From IMG/VR virus record IMGVR_UViG_2671180338_000001: DNA of 18,852 bases. One strand, 5' to 3'. The notes beneath the pieces are model-generated. The model had not been told where the DNA came from. It saw only the letters and a program-made list of their open reading frames with translations, and made no database searches. The stretch comes from a virus. Its lineage: Duplodnaviria > Heunggongvirae > Uroviricota > Caudoviricetes. Positions 1 through 11,712 of the stretch are shown here, in pieces (position 1 is the stretch's first letter; each line of letters opens with the position of its first letter). Position numbers and translations under genes: made by a program.

Positions 1-200
1 AACAGATGTCTGGAAATATAGGGGCAAATCCAATCGTCGCCGTATTCCCGTATTAACAGAGACCGTAGCCCGACGGGGAACTCCTTCTGCGCGAGTGTGC
101 GGGAATAATCAAAAACGATGCACACCGGGGTTACCGGGTACACATATTTCATCATGCCAGCGAGTCCGGTTCTGGCACGGAAGAAACCGGACGTTATGAT

Positions 201-642
201 TTAGTGCGGAAATATTTGTGTAGTGTTCTGTATGTTCTCAGTAAAGAGTAATGAATTATCAAAGGTATAGTAATACCTTTTGTTTTCGTGGATATTTGTA
301 ATCCATCTGAAAACCCCTGCTGTAGCAAGATTTTTCCTGTATTCGTAAAATGATAACTCTCCTGATTTGAATCCTTTTAAGGTGGCTTCTATAAGGCATT
401 TATTTTTTGAAAATCTTACATTTACAACCTTACCCTGTCCTTTTATTAAAACCGTATTATCGTTTTCAAGAACAAGATGAATATTCTCTGTGGCTAAATA
501 GTAAATGTAATGTGAGACATTGTGACGTTTTAGTTCAGAATANNNNNNNNNNNNNNNNNNNNNNNNNNNNNNNAAACCAGTGATAGTTTAAATTATTTCG
601 CACTTTATCGAATATTTGTTTAAAAATGGCAACCTGAGCCAT
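201..642 (-). CDS. hypothetical prophage accessory protein, possibly DUF1398/YbcV-like; interrupted by N-run 543-573
   Basis: Minus strand: ATG at 642-640 preceded by GGAAGG Shine-Dalgarno, 23 codons ([23 protein letters not shown]) up to the N-run. On the other side an open frame of 113 codons with no Met and no stop ([113 protein letters not shown]) ends at stop 203-201. Such a long open frame in AT-rich DNA is unlikely by chance. Family assignment is from memory of a small gene found between bor and cos in E. coli lambdoid prophages and is unverified. The two parts are in phase only if the true gap is a multiple of 3, not 31. Confidence 0.45.
543..573. other. assembly gap (run of 31 N)
   Basis: Literal N characters; true length and content unknown. 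Confidence 0.95.
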
Positions 643-722
643 TGTAGTACCTTCCATGTGATATGAGGGGGCGTAGTCTGCACGATTATCTAAATTGCTT
701 CAATCTGGTCTAACCTGTTTTC

Positions 723-770
723 NNNNNNNNNNNNNNNNNNNNNNNNNNNNNNNNNNNNNNNNNNNNNNNN
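723..770. other. assembly gap (run of 48 N)
   Basis: Literal N characters; true length and content unknown. Confidence 0.95.
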
Positions 771-965
771 GTCACTCTTTTCTTTGTTTGCTTCAGGCGA
801 AACTCTTTTTTCTGAGCACAGTCTCCGGCGGCAGGCTTCAATGACCCAGGCTGAGAAATTCCCGGACCCTTTTTGAACAAGAGCGATGTTAATTTGTTCA
901 ATCATTTGGTTAGGAAAGCGGATGTTGCGGGTTGTTGTTCTGCGGGTTCTGTTCTTCGTTGACAT
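771..965 (-). CDS. small ribbon-helix-helix-like putative DNA-binding protein (YlcI/DUF3950-like); 3-prime end lost in N-run
   Basis: Minus-strand ATG at 965-963; 65 codons before the gap: MSTKNRTRRTTTRNIRFPNQMIEQINIALVQKGSGNFSAWVIEACRRRLCSEKRVSPEANKEKSD. A basic N-terminal tail, then a short beta-strand-like segment (RNIRFPNQM) and two helices fit an Arc/MetJ/CopG-type fold. Resemblance to the small prophage protein YlcI is from memory. The stop codon is probably inside the gap; the in-frame residues after the gap (690-722) are not trustworthy. Confidence 0.5.
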
Positions 966-1164
966 GAGGTTGCCCTGTATTCAGTGTCGCTGATTTGTAT
1001 TGTCTGAAGTTGTTTTTACGTTAAGTTGATGCAGATCAATTAATACGATACCTGCGTCATAATTGATTATTTGACGTGGTTTGATGGCGTAGATGCACGT
1101 TGTGACATGTAGATGATAATTATTATCATTTTGCGGGTCCTTTCCGGCGATCCGACAGGTTACG

Positions 1165-1176
1165 GGGCGGAAGGCG
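1165..1176. other. cosN cohesive-end segment (terminase nicking region), variant sequence
   Basis: Flanks match the lambda right-end/left-end junction (...ccgacaggttacg | gggcgg...cgcgggttttcgctatttatga). The 12 nt where lambda has GGGCGGCGACCT read gggcggaaggcg here. Confidence 0.6.
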
Positions 1177-1216
1177 CGCGGGTTTTCGCTATTTATGACA
1201 ATTTTCCGGTTTAAGG

Positions 1217-1333
1217 CGTTTCCGTTCTTCTTCGCCGTAACCTAATGTTTTTATTTAAAACACCCCCTGAAAAGAAAGGAAACGACAGGTGCTGAAAACG
1301 GGCTTTTTGGCCTCTGTCGTTTCCTTTCTCTGT
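1217..1333 (+). promoter_or_regulatory. cosB: gpNu1 binding sites R3 (~1217-1234), R2 (~1274-1289, inverted) and R1 (~1316-1333), with an IHF I1-like AT-rich site (~1240-1262)
   Basis: R3 cgtttccgttcttcttcg; R2 aaaggaaacgacag and R1 ctgtcgtttccttt form a perfect 14-bp inverted repeat; the AT-rich taacctaatgtttttatttaaaa lies between R3 and R2. Layout matches lambda cosB immediately upstream of Nu1. Confidence 0.75.
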
Positions 1334-1353
1334 TTTTGTCCGTGGAATGAACA

Positions 1354-1873
1354 ATGGAAGTCAACAAAAAGCAGCTGGCTGACATTTTCGGTGCGAGTAT
1401 CCGTACCATTCAGAACTGGCAGGAACAGGGAATGCCCGTTCTGCGAGGCGGTGGCAAGGGTAATGAGGTGCTTTATGACTCTGCCGCCGTTATAAGATGG
1501 TATGCCGAAAGGGATGCTGAAATTGAGAACGAAAAGCTGCGCCGGGAAGTTGAAGAACTGCGGCAGGCCAGCGAGACAGATCTCCAGCCAGGGACTATTG
1601 AGTACGAACGCCATCGACTTACGCGTGCGCAGGCCGACGCACAGGAGCTGAAAAATGCCAGAGACTCCGCTGAAGTGGTGGAAACCGCATTCTGTACTTT
1701 CGTGCTGTCGCGGATCGCAGGTGAAATTGCCAGTATTCTCGACGGGATCCCCCTGTCGGTGCAGCGGCGTTTTCCGGAACTGGAAAACCGACATGTTGAT
1801 TTCCTGAAACGGGATATCATCAAAGCCATGAACAAAGCAGCCGCGCTGGATGAACTGATACCGGGGTTGCTGA

Positions 1874-1899
<26 letters not shown>
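1354..1899 (+). CDS. nu1: terminase small subunit gpNu1
   Basis: 181 aa; ATG at 1354 just downstream of cosB. N-terminal helix-turn-helix region (KKQLADIFGASIRTIQNWQEQG). Near-identical to lambda Nu1 from memory, with a few substitutions. 3-prime end overlaps the start of A. Confidence 0.97.
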
Positions 1900-5580
<3,681 letters not shown>

Positions 5581-5600
<20 letters not shown>

Positions 5601-6900
5601 TCTCCCGCATATTGCCAGCATGGCTTTTAATGAGCCGCTGATGCTTGAACCCGCCTATGCGCGGGTTTTCTTTTGTGCGCTTGCAGGCCAGCTTGGGATC
5701 AGCTGCCTGACGGATGCAGTATCCGGCGACAGCCTGACTGCCGGAGAGGCACCCGCGGCGCTGGCGTTATCCGGTGATGATGACGGACCACGACAGGCCC
5801 GCAGTTATCAGGTAATGAACGGCATCGCCGTGCTGCCGGTGTCCGGCACGCTGGTCAGCCGGACGCGGGCGCTGCAGCCGTACTCGGGGATGACCGGTTA
5901 CAACGGCATTATCGCCCGTCTGCAACAGGCTGCCAGCGACCCGATGGTGGACGGCATTCTGCTCGATATGGACACACCGGGCGGAATGGTGGCGGGAGCA
6001 TTTGACTGCGCTGACATCATCGCCCGTGTGCGTGACATAAAGCCGGTATGGGCGCTGGCCAATGACATGAACTGCAGCGCAGGTCAGCTGCTTGCCAGTG
6101 CCGCCTCCCGGCGTCTGGTCACGCAGACCGCCCGGACAGGCTCCATCGGCGTCATGATGGCTCACAGTAATTACGGCGCTGCACTGGAGAAACAGGGCGT
6201 GGAAATCACGCTGATTTACAGCGGCAGCCATAAGGTGGATGGCAACCCCTACAGCCATCTACCGGATGATGTCCGGGAAACATTGCAGTCCCGGATGGAT
6301 GCAACCCGCCGGATGTTTGCACAGAAGGTGTCGGCATATACCGGCCTGTCCGTGCAGGCTGTGCTGGATACCGAGGCTGCAGTGTACAGCGGTCAGGAGG
6401 CCATTGATGCCGGACTGGCTGATGAACTTGTTAACAGTACCGATGCGATCACCGTCATGCGTGATGCACTGGATGCACGTAAATCCCGTCTCTCAGGAGG
6501 GCGAATGACCAAAGAGACTCAATCAACAACTGTTTCAGCCACTGCTTCGCAGGCTGACGTTACTGGCGTGGTGCAAGCGACGGAGGGCGAGAACGCCAGC
6601 GCGGCGCAGCCGGACGTGAACGCGCAGATCACCGCAGCGGTTGCGGCAGAAAACAGTCGCATTATGGGGATCCTCAACTGTGAGGAGGCTCACGGACGCG
6701 AAGAACAGGCACGCGTGCTGGCCGAAACCCCCGGTATGACCGTGGAAACGGCCCGCCGTATTCTGGCCGCAGCACCACAGAGTGCACAGACGCGCAGTGA
6801 CACTGCGCTGGATCGTCTGATGCAGGGGGCACCGGCACCGCTGGCTGCAGGTAACCCGGCATCTGATGCCGTTAACGATTTGCTGAACACACCAGTGTAA
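5581..6900 (+). CDS. C: head maturation protease / minor capsid protein gpC
   Basis: GTG at 5581 preceded by GGAGGAG Shine-Dalgarno; gives 439 aa (MTAELRNLPHIASMAFNEPLML...) matching lambda gpC. The track ORF from 5446 is a longer upstream extension overlapping B that I rejected. ClpP/S49-like serine protease region in the N-terminal half. Confidence 0.93.
6295..6900 (+). CDS. nu3: scaffolding protein gpNu3 (in-frame internal start within C)
   Basis: ATG at 6295 in the C reading frame, sharing the C stop at 6900; same nested position as lambda Nu3. 201 aa product (MDATRRMFAQKV...). Confidence 0.8.
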   Translation: MDATRRMFAQKVSAYTGLSVQAVLDTEAAVYSGQEAIDAGLADELVNSTDAITVMRDALDARKSRLSGGRMTKETQSTTVSATASQADVTGVVQATEGENASAAQPDVNAQITAAVAAENSRIMGILNCEEAHGREEQARVLAETPGMTVETARRILAAAPQSAQTRSDTALDRLMQGAPAPLAAGNPASDAVNDLLNTPV

Positions 6901-6909
6901 GGGATGTTT

Positions 6910-7242
6910 ATGACGAGCAAAGAAACCTTTACCCATTACCAGCCGCTGGGCAATAGTGACCCGGCTCATACCGCAACCGCGCCCGGCGGATTGAGTGCGA
7001 AAGCGCCTGCAATGACCCCGCTGATGCTGGACACCTCCACCCGTAAGCTGGTTGCGTGGGATGGCACCACCGACGGTGCTGCCGTTGGCATTCTTGCGGT
7101 TGCTGCTGACCAGACCAGCACCACACTGACGTTCTACAAGTCCGGCACGTTCCGTTATGAGGATGTGCTCTGGCCGGAGGCTGCCAGCGACGAGACGAAA
7201 AAACGGACCGTGTTTGCCGGAACGGCAATCAGCATCGTTTAA
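6910..7242 (+). CDS. D: head decoration protein gpD
   Basis: ATG at 6910 with AGGGA Shine-Dalgarno-like upstream; 110 aa [21 protein letters not shown]... matches lambda gpD. The track start at 6904 adds 2 residues and is less likely. Confidence 0.95.
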   Translation: MTSKETFTHYQPLGNSDPAHTATAPGGLSAKAPAMTPLMLDTSTRKLVAWDGTTDGAAVGILAVAADQTSTTLTFYKSGTFRYEDVLWPEAASDETKKRTVFAGTAISIV

Positions 7243-7261
7243 CTTTACCCTTCATCACTAA

Positions 7262-7285
7262 AGGCCGCCTGTGCGGCTTTTTTTA
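7262..7285 (+). terminator. terminator-like GC hairpin plus T-tract between D and E (possible attenuator / mRNA stability element)
   Basis: gccgc(7264-7268) ctgt gcggc(7273-7277) followed by ttttttt (7278-7284), 13 nt before the E start codon. Confidence 0.4.
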
Positions 7286-7297
7286 CGGGATTTTTTT

Positions 7298-8323
7298 ATG
7301 TCGATGTACACAACCGCCCAGCTGCTGGCGGCAAATGAGCAGAAATTTAAGTTTGATCCGCTGTTTCTGCGTCTCTTTTTCCGTGAGAGCTATCCCTTCA
7401 CTACGGAGAAAGTCTATCTCTCACAAATTCCGGGACTGGTAAACATGGCGCTGTACGTTTCGCCGATTGTTTCCGGTGAGGTTATCCGTTCCCGTGGCGG
7501 CTCCACCTCTGAATTTACGCCGGGATATGTCAAACCCAAGCATGAGGTGAATCCGCAGATGACCCTGCGTCGCCTGCCGGATGAAGATCCGCAGAATCTG
7601 GCGGACCCGGCTTACCGCCGCCGTCGCATCATCATGCAGAACATGCGTGACGAAGAGCTGGCCATTGCTCAGGTCGAAGAGATGCAGGCAGTTTCTGCCG
7701 TGCTCAAGGGCAAATACACCATGACCGGTGAAGCCTTCGATCCGGTTGAGGTGGATATGGGCCGCAGTGCGGCGAACAACATCACACAGTCCGGCGTCAC
7801 GGAGTGGAGCAAGCGTGACAAGTCCACGTATGACCCGACCGACGATATCGAAGCCTACGCGCTGAACGCCAGCGGTGTGGTGAATATCATCGTGTTTGAC
7901 CCGAAAGGCTGGGCGCTGTTCCGTTCCTTCAAAGCCGTCAAGGAGAAGCTGGATACCCGTCGCGGCTCTCATTCCGAGCTGGAGACAGCGGTAAAAGACC
8001 TGGGCAAAGCGGTGTCCTATAAGGGAATGTATGGCGATGTGGCCATCGTCGTGTATTCCGGACAGTACGTGGAAAACGGCGTCAAAAAGAACTTCCTGCC
8101 GGACAACACGATGGTGCTGGGGAACACTCAGGCTCGCGGTCTGCGCACCTATGGCTGCATTCAGGATGCGGACGCACAGCGCGAAGGCATTAACGCCTCT
8201 GCCCGTTACCCGAAAAACTGGGTGACCACCGGCGATCCGGCGCGTGAGTTCACCATGATTCAGTCAGCACCGCTGATGCTGCTGGCTGATCCTGATGAGT
8301 TCGTGTCCGTTCAACTGGCGTAA
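7298..8323 (+). CDS. E: major capsid protein gpE
   Basis: ATG at 7298; 341 aa MSMYTTAQLLAANEQKFKFDPLFL... matches lambda gpE. The track ORF from 7271 adds 9 residues upstream and overlaps the hairpin; rejected. Confidence 0.96.
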   Translation: MSMYTTAQLLAANEQKFKFDPLFLRLFFRESYPFTTEKVYLSQIPGLVNMALYVSPIVSGEVIRSRGGSTSEFTPGYVKPKHEVNPQMTLRRLPDEDPQNLADPAYRRRRIIMQNMRDEELAIAQVEEMQAVSAVLKGKYTMTGEAFDPVEVDMGRSAANNITQSGVTEWSKRDKSTYDPTDDIEAYALNASGVVNIIVFDPKGWALFRSFKAVKEKLDTRRGSHSELETAVKDLGKAVSYKGMYGDVAIVVYSGQYVENGVKKNFLPDNTMVLGNTQARGLRTYGCIQDADAQREGINASARYPKNWVTTGDPAREFTMIQSAPLMLLADPDEFVSVQLA

Positions 8324-8325
8324 TC

Positions 8326-8343
8326 ATGGCCCTTCGGGGCCAT
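8326..8343 (+). other. stem-loop in E-FI intergenic region (7-bp stem, TTCG loop)
   Basis: atggccc(8326-8332) ttcg gggccat(8337-8343), perfect inverted repeat starting 3 nt after the E stop, followed by tttctctc. Confidence 0.45.
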
Positions 8344-8364
8344 TTTCTCTCTGTGGAGGAGTTC

Positions 8365-8763
8365 ATGACGAAAGATGAACTGATTGCCCGTCTTCAGGAG
8401 CTGGGTGAGCAATTGAACCGCGATGTCAGTTTGACGGGAACGAAAGAAGAACTGGCGCTTCGTGTGGCAGAGCTGGAAGAAGAGCTTGATGACACGGATG
8501 AAACTGCCGGTCAGGACACCCCTCTCAGCCGGGAAAATGTGCTGACCGGGCATGAAAATGAGGTGGTATCAGCGCAGCCGGATACCGTGATTCAGGATAC
8601 GGCTGAACTGGTCACGGTCGTGGCACTGGTGACGCTGCATACTGATGCACTTCACGCCACGCGGGATAAACCTGTGGCATTTGTGCTGCCGGGAACGGCG
8701 TTTCGTGTCTCTGCCGGTGTGGCAGCCGAAATGACAGAGCGCGGCCTGGCCAGAATGCAATAA
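8365..8763 (+). CDS. FI: DNA packaging / head assembly protein gpFI
   Basis: ATG at 8365 with GGAGGA Shine-Dalgarno at 8355-8360; 132 aa MTKDELIARLQELGEQL...; size and position of lambda FI. Confidence 0.92.
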   Translation: MTKDELIARLQELGEQLNRDVSLTGTKEELALRVAELEEELDDTDETAGQDTPLSRENVLTGHENEVVSAQPDTVIQDTAELVTVVALVTLHTDALHATRDKPVAFVLPGTAFRVSAGVAAEMTERGLARMQ

Positions 8764-8774
8764 CGGGAGGCGCT

Positions 8775-9128
8775 GTGGCTGATTTCGATAACCTGTTCGA
8801 TGCTGCCATTGCCCGCGCCGATGAAACGATACGCGGGTACATGGGAACGTCAGCCACCATGACATCCGGTGAGCAGTCAGGTGCGGTGATACGTGGTGTT
8901 TTTGATGACCCTGAAAATATCAGCTATGCCGGACAGGGCGTGCGCGTTGAAGGCTCCAGCCCGTCCCTGTTTGTCCGGACTGATGAGGTGCGGCAGCTGC
9001 GGCGTGGAGACACGCTGACCATCGGTGAGGAAAATTTCTGGGTAGATCGGGTTTCGCCGGATGATGGCGGAAGTTGTCATCTCTGGCTTGGACGGGGCGT
9101 ACCGCCTGCCGTTAACCGTCGCCGCTGA
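8775..9128 (+). CDS. FII: head-tail connector (head completion) protein gpFII
   Basis: GTG start at 8775 with GGGAGG Shine-Dalgarno at 8765-8770; 117 aa MADFDNLFDAAIARADE...; matches lambda FII. Confidence 0.93.
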   Translation: MADFDNLFDAAIARADETIRGYMGTSATMTSGEQSGAVIRGVFDDPENISYAGQGVRVEGSSPSLFVRTDEVRQLRRGDTLTIGEENFWVDRVSPDDGGSCHLWLGRGVPPAVNRRR

Positions 9129-9139
9129 AAGGGGGATGT

Positions 9140-9718
9140 ATGGCCATAAAAGGTCTTGAGCAGGCCGTTGAAAACCTCAGCCGTATCAGCAAAACGGCGG
9201 TGCCCGGTGCCGCCGCAATGGCCATTAACCGCGTTGCTTCATCCGCGATATCGCAGTCTGCGTCACAGGTTGCCCGTGAGACAAAGGTACGCCGGAAACT
9301 GGTAAAGGAAAGGGCCAGGCTGAAAAGGGCCACGGTCAAAAATCCGCAGGCCAGAATCAAAGTTAACCGGGGGGATTTGCCCGTAATCAAGCTGGGTAAT
9401 GCGCGGGTTGTCCTGTCCCGCCGCAGGCGTCATAAAAAGGGGCAGCGTTCATCCCTGAAAGGTGGCGGCAGCGTGCTTGTGGTGGGTAACCGTCGTATTC
9501 CCGGCGCGTTTATTCAGCAACTGAAAAACGGCCGGTGGCATGTTATGCAGCGTGTGGCCGGGAAAAACCGTTACCCCATTGATGTGGTGAAAATCCCGAT
9601 GGCGGTGCCGCTGACCACGGCGTTTAAACAGAATATTGAACGGATACGGCGTGAACGTCTTCCGAAAGAGCTGGGCTATGCGCTGCAGCATCAACTGAGA
9701 ATGGTAATAAAGCGATGA
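9140..9718 (+). CDS. Z: tail completion protein gpZ
   Basis: 192 aa MAIKGLEQAVENLSRISK...; size and position of lambda Z; ATGA overlap with U at 9715-9718. Confidence 0.93.
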   Translation: MAIKGLEQAVENLSRISKTAVPGAAAMAINRVASSAISQSASQVARETKVRRKLVKERARLKRATVKNPQARIKVNRGDLPVIKLGNARVVLSRRRRHKKGQRSSLKGGGSVLVVGNRRIPGAFIQQLKNGRWHVMQRVAGKNRYPIDVVKIPMAVPLTTAFKQNIERIRRERLPKELGYALQHQLRMVIKR

Positions 9719-10110
9719 AACATACTGAACTCCGTGCAGCCGTACTGGATGCACTGGAGAAGCATGACACCGGGGCGACGCTTTTTGATGGTCGCCCCGC
9801 TGTTTTTGATGAGGAAGATTTTCCGGCAATTGCCGTTTATCTCACCGGCGCTGAATACACGGGCGAAGAGCTGGACAGCGATACCTGGCAGGCGGAGCTG
9901 CATATTGAAGTTTTCCTGCCTGCTCAGGTGCCGGATTCAGAGCTGGATTCGTGGATGGAGTCCCGGATTTATCCGGTGATGAGCGATATCCCGGCACTGT
10001 CAGATTTGATCACCAGTATGGTGGCCAGCGGCTATGACTACCGGCGCGACGATGATGCGGGCCTGTGGAGTTCAGCCGATCTGACTTATGTCATTATCTA
10101 TGAAATGTGA
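9715..10110 (+). CDS. U: tail terminator protein gpU
   Basis: 131 aa [18 protein letters not shown]...; matches lambda U. Confidence 0.93.
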   Translation: MKHTELRAAVLDALEKHDTGATLFDGRPAVFDEEDFPAIAVYLTGAEYTGEELDSDTWQAELHIEVFLPAQVPDSELDSWMESRIYPVMSDIPALSDLITSMVASGYDYRRDDDAGLWSSADLTYVIIYEM

Positions 10111-10117
10111 GGACGCT

Positions 10118-10858
10118 ATGCCTGTACCAAATCCTACAATGCCGGTGAAAGGTGCCGGGACCACCCTGTGGGTTTATAAGGGGAGCGGTGACCCTTATGC
10201 GAACCCGCTTTCAGACGTTGACTGGTCGCGTCTGGCAAAAGTTAAAGACCTGACGCCCGGCGAACTGACCGCTGAGTCCTATGACGACAGCTATCTCGAT
10301 GATGAAGATGCAGACTGGACTGCGACCGGGCAGGGGCAGAAATCTGCCGGAGATACCAGCTTCACGCTGGCGTGGATGCCCGGAGAGCAGGGGCAGCAGG
10401 CGCTGCTGGCGTGGTTTAATGAAGGTGATACCCGTGCCTATAAAATCCGCTTCCCGAACGGCACGGTCGATGTGTTCCGTGGCTGGGTCAGCAGTATCGG
10501 TAAGGCGGTGACGGCGAAGGAGGTGATTACCCGCACGGTGAAGGTCACCAATGTGGGACGTCCGTCGATGGCAGAAGATCGCAGCACGGTGACGGCGACG
10601 ACCGGCATGACGGTGACACCCGCCAGTGCTTCCGTAGTGAAAGGGCAGAGCACCACGCTGACCGTGGCATTCCAGCCGGATGGCGCAACCGACAAGAGCT
10701 TCCGTGCGGTGTCTGCGGATAAAACAAAAGCCACCGTGTCGGTCAGTGGTATGACCATCACCGTGAAAGGTGTTGCTGCAGGCAAGGTCAACATTCCGGT
10801 CGTATCTGGTAATGGTGAGTTTGCTGCGGTTGCAGAAATCAACGTCACCGCCAGTTAA
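10118..10858 (+). CDS. V: major tail tube protein gpV
   Basis: ATG at 10118; 246 aa [22 protein letters not shown]... matches lambda gpV, including the C-terminal Ig-like region. The track start at 10088 adds 10 residues; rejected. Confidence 0.95.
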   Translation: MPVPNPTMPVKGAGTTLWVYKGSGDPYANPLSDVDWSRLAKVKDLTPGELTAESYDDSYLDDEDADWTATGQGQKSAGDTSFTLAWMPGEQGQQALLAWFNEGDTRAYKIRFPNGTVDVFRGWVSSIGKAVTAKEVITRTVKVTNVGRPSMAEDRSTVTATTGMTVTPASASVVKGQSTTLTVAFQPDGATDKSFRAVSADKTKATVSVSGMTITVKGVAAGKVNIPVVSGNGEFAAVAEINVTAS

Positions 10859-10873
10859 TCCGGAGAGTCAGCG

Positions 10874-11296
10874 ATGTTCCTGAAAACCGAATCATTTGAA
10901 CATAACGGTGTGACCGTCACGCTTTCTGAACTGTCAGCCCTGCAGCGTATTGAGCATCTCGACCTGATGAAACGGCAGGCAGAACAGGCGGAGTCAGACA
11001 GCAACCGGAAGTTTACTGTGGAAGACGCCATCAGAACCGGCGCTTTTGTGGTTGCGATGTCCCTGTGGCATAACCATCCGAAGAAGACGCAGATGCCGTC
11101 CATGAATGAAGCCGTTAAACAGATTGAGCAGGAAGTGCTTACCACCTGGCCCACAGAGGCAATTTCTCATGCTGAAAACGTGGTGTACCGGCTGTCCGGT
11201 ATGTATGAGTTTGTGGTGAATGATGCTCCTGAACAGGCAGAGGACGCCGGGCCTGCAGAGCCTGTTTCTGCGGGAAAGTGTTCGACGGTGAGCTGA
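10874..11296 (+). CDS. G: tail assembly chaperone gpG
   Basis: 140 aa MFLKTESFEHNGVTVTLSELSALQR...; GGAGAG Shine-Dalgarno at 10862-10867; matches lambda G. Confidence 0.94.
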   Translation: MFLKTESFEHNGVTVTLSELSALQRIEHLDLMKRQAEQAESDSNRKFTVEDAIRTGAFVVAMSLWHNHPKKTQMPSMNEAVKQIEQEVLTTWPTEAISHAENVVYRLSGMYEFVVNDAPEQAEDAGPAEPVSAGKCSTVS

Positions 11297-11712
11297 GTTT
11301 TGCCCTGAAACTGGCGCGTGAGATGGGGCGACCCGACTGGCGCGCCATGCTTGCCGGGATGTCATCCACGGAGTATGCCGACTGGCACCGCTTTTACAGT
11401 ACCCATTATTTTCATGATGTTCTGCTGGATATGCACTTTTCCGGGCTGACGTACACCGTGCTCAGCCTGTTTTTCAGCGATCCGGAGATGCATCCGCTGG
11501 ATTTCAGTCTGCTGAACCGGCGCGAGGCTGACGAAGAGCCTGAAGATGATGTGCTGATGCAGAAAGCGGCAGGGCTTGCCGGAGGTGTCCGCTTTGGCCC
11601 GGACGGGAATGAAGTTATCCCCGCTTCCCCGGATGTGGCGGACATGACGGAGGATGACGTAATGCTGATGACAGTATCAGAAGGGATCGCAGGAGGAGTC
11701 CGGTATGGCTGA
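10874..11712 (+). CDS. G-T: tail assembly chaperone gpG-T fusion made by programmed -1 ribosomal frameshift
   Basis: The T frame (11278-11712, ...FDGELSFALKLAREMGRPDWRAM...) is -1 relative to G and has no own initiation context. Slippery heptamer G GGA AAG at 11272-11278 sits in the G/T overlap with GGA and AAG as zero-frame codons. Known mechanism in lambda and most long-tailed phages. Confidence 0.85.
11272..11278 (+). other. -1 programmed frameshift slippery site GGGAAAG
   Basis: Sequence cggGGGAAAGtg: G at 11272 is a third codon position in the G frame, then GGA and AAG; fits the X XXY YYZ pattern. Confidence 0.8.

Noticed and set aside
1-155. Minus-strand open frame starting at ATG 155-153 (MMKYVYPVTPVCIVFDYSRTLAQKEF...) and running off the left edge
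   Set aside because: Only ~51 codons are visible, there is no convincing Shine-Dalgarno sequence and I recognise no similarity. It could be the start of a gene continuing beyond the window, but the evidence is too thin to call.
690-722. In-frame continuation of the ribbon-helix-helix ORF after the 48-N gap ([10 protein letters not shown], stop at 690)
   Set aside because: Frame continuity across a gap of unknown true length is meaningless, and the expected protein size suggests the real stop lies inside the gap.
1289-1495. 68-aa + strand ORF overlapping cosB and the Nu1 start
   Set aside because: Overlaps the terminase binding sites and the well-supported Nu1 gene in another frame; no ribosome-binding site; likely chance ORF.
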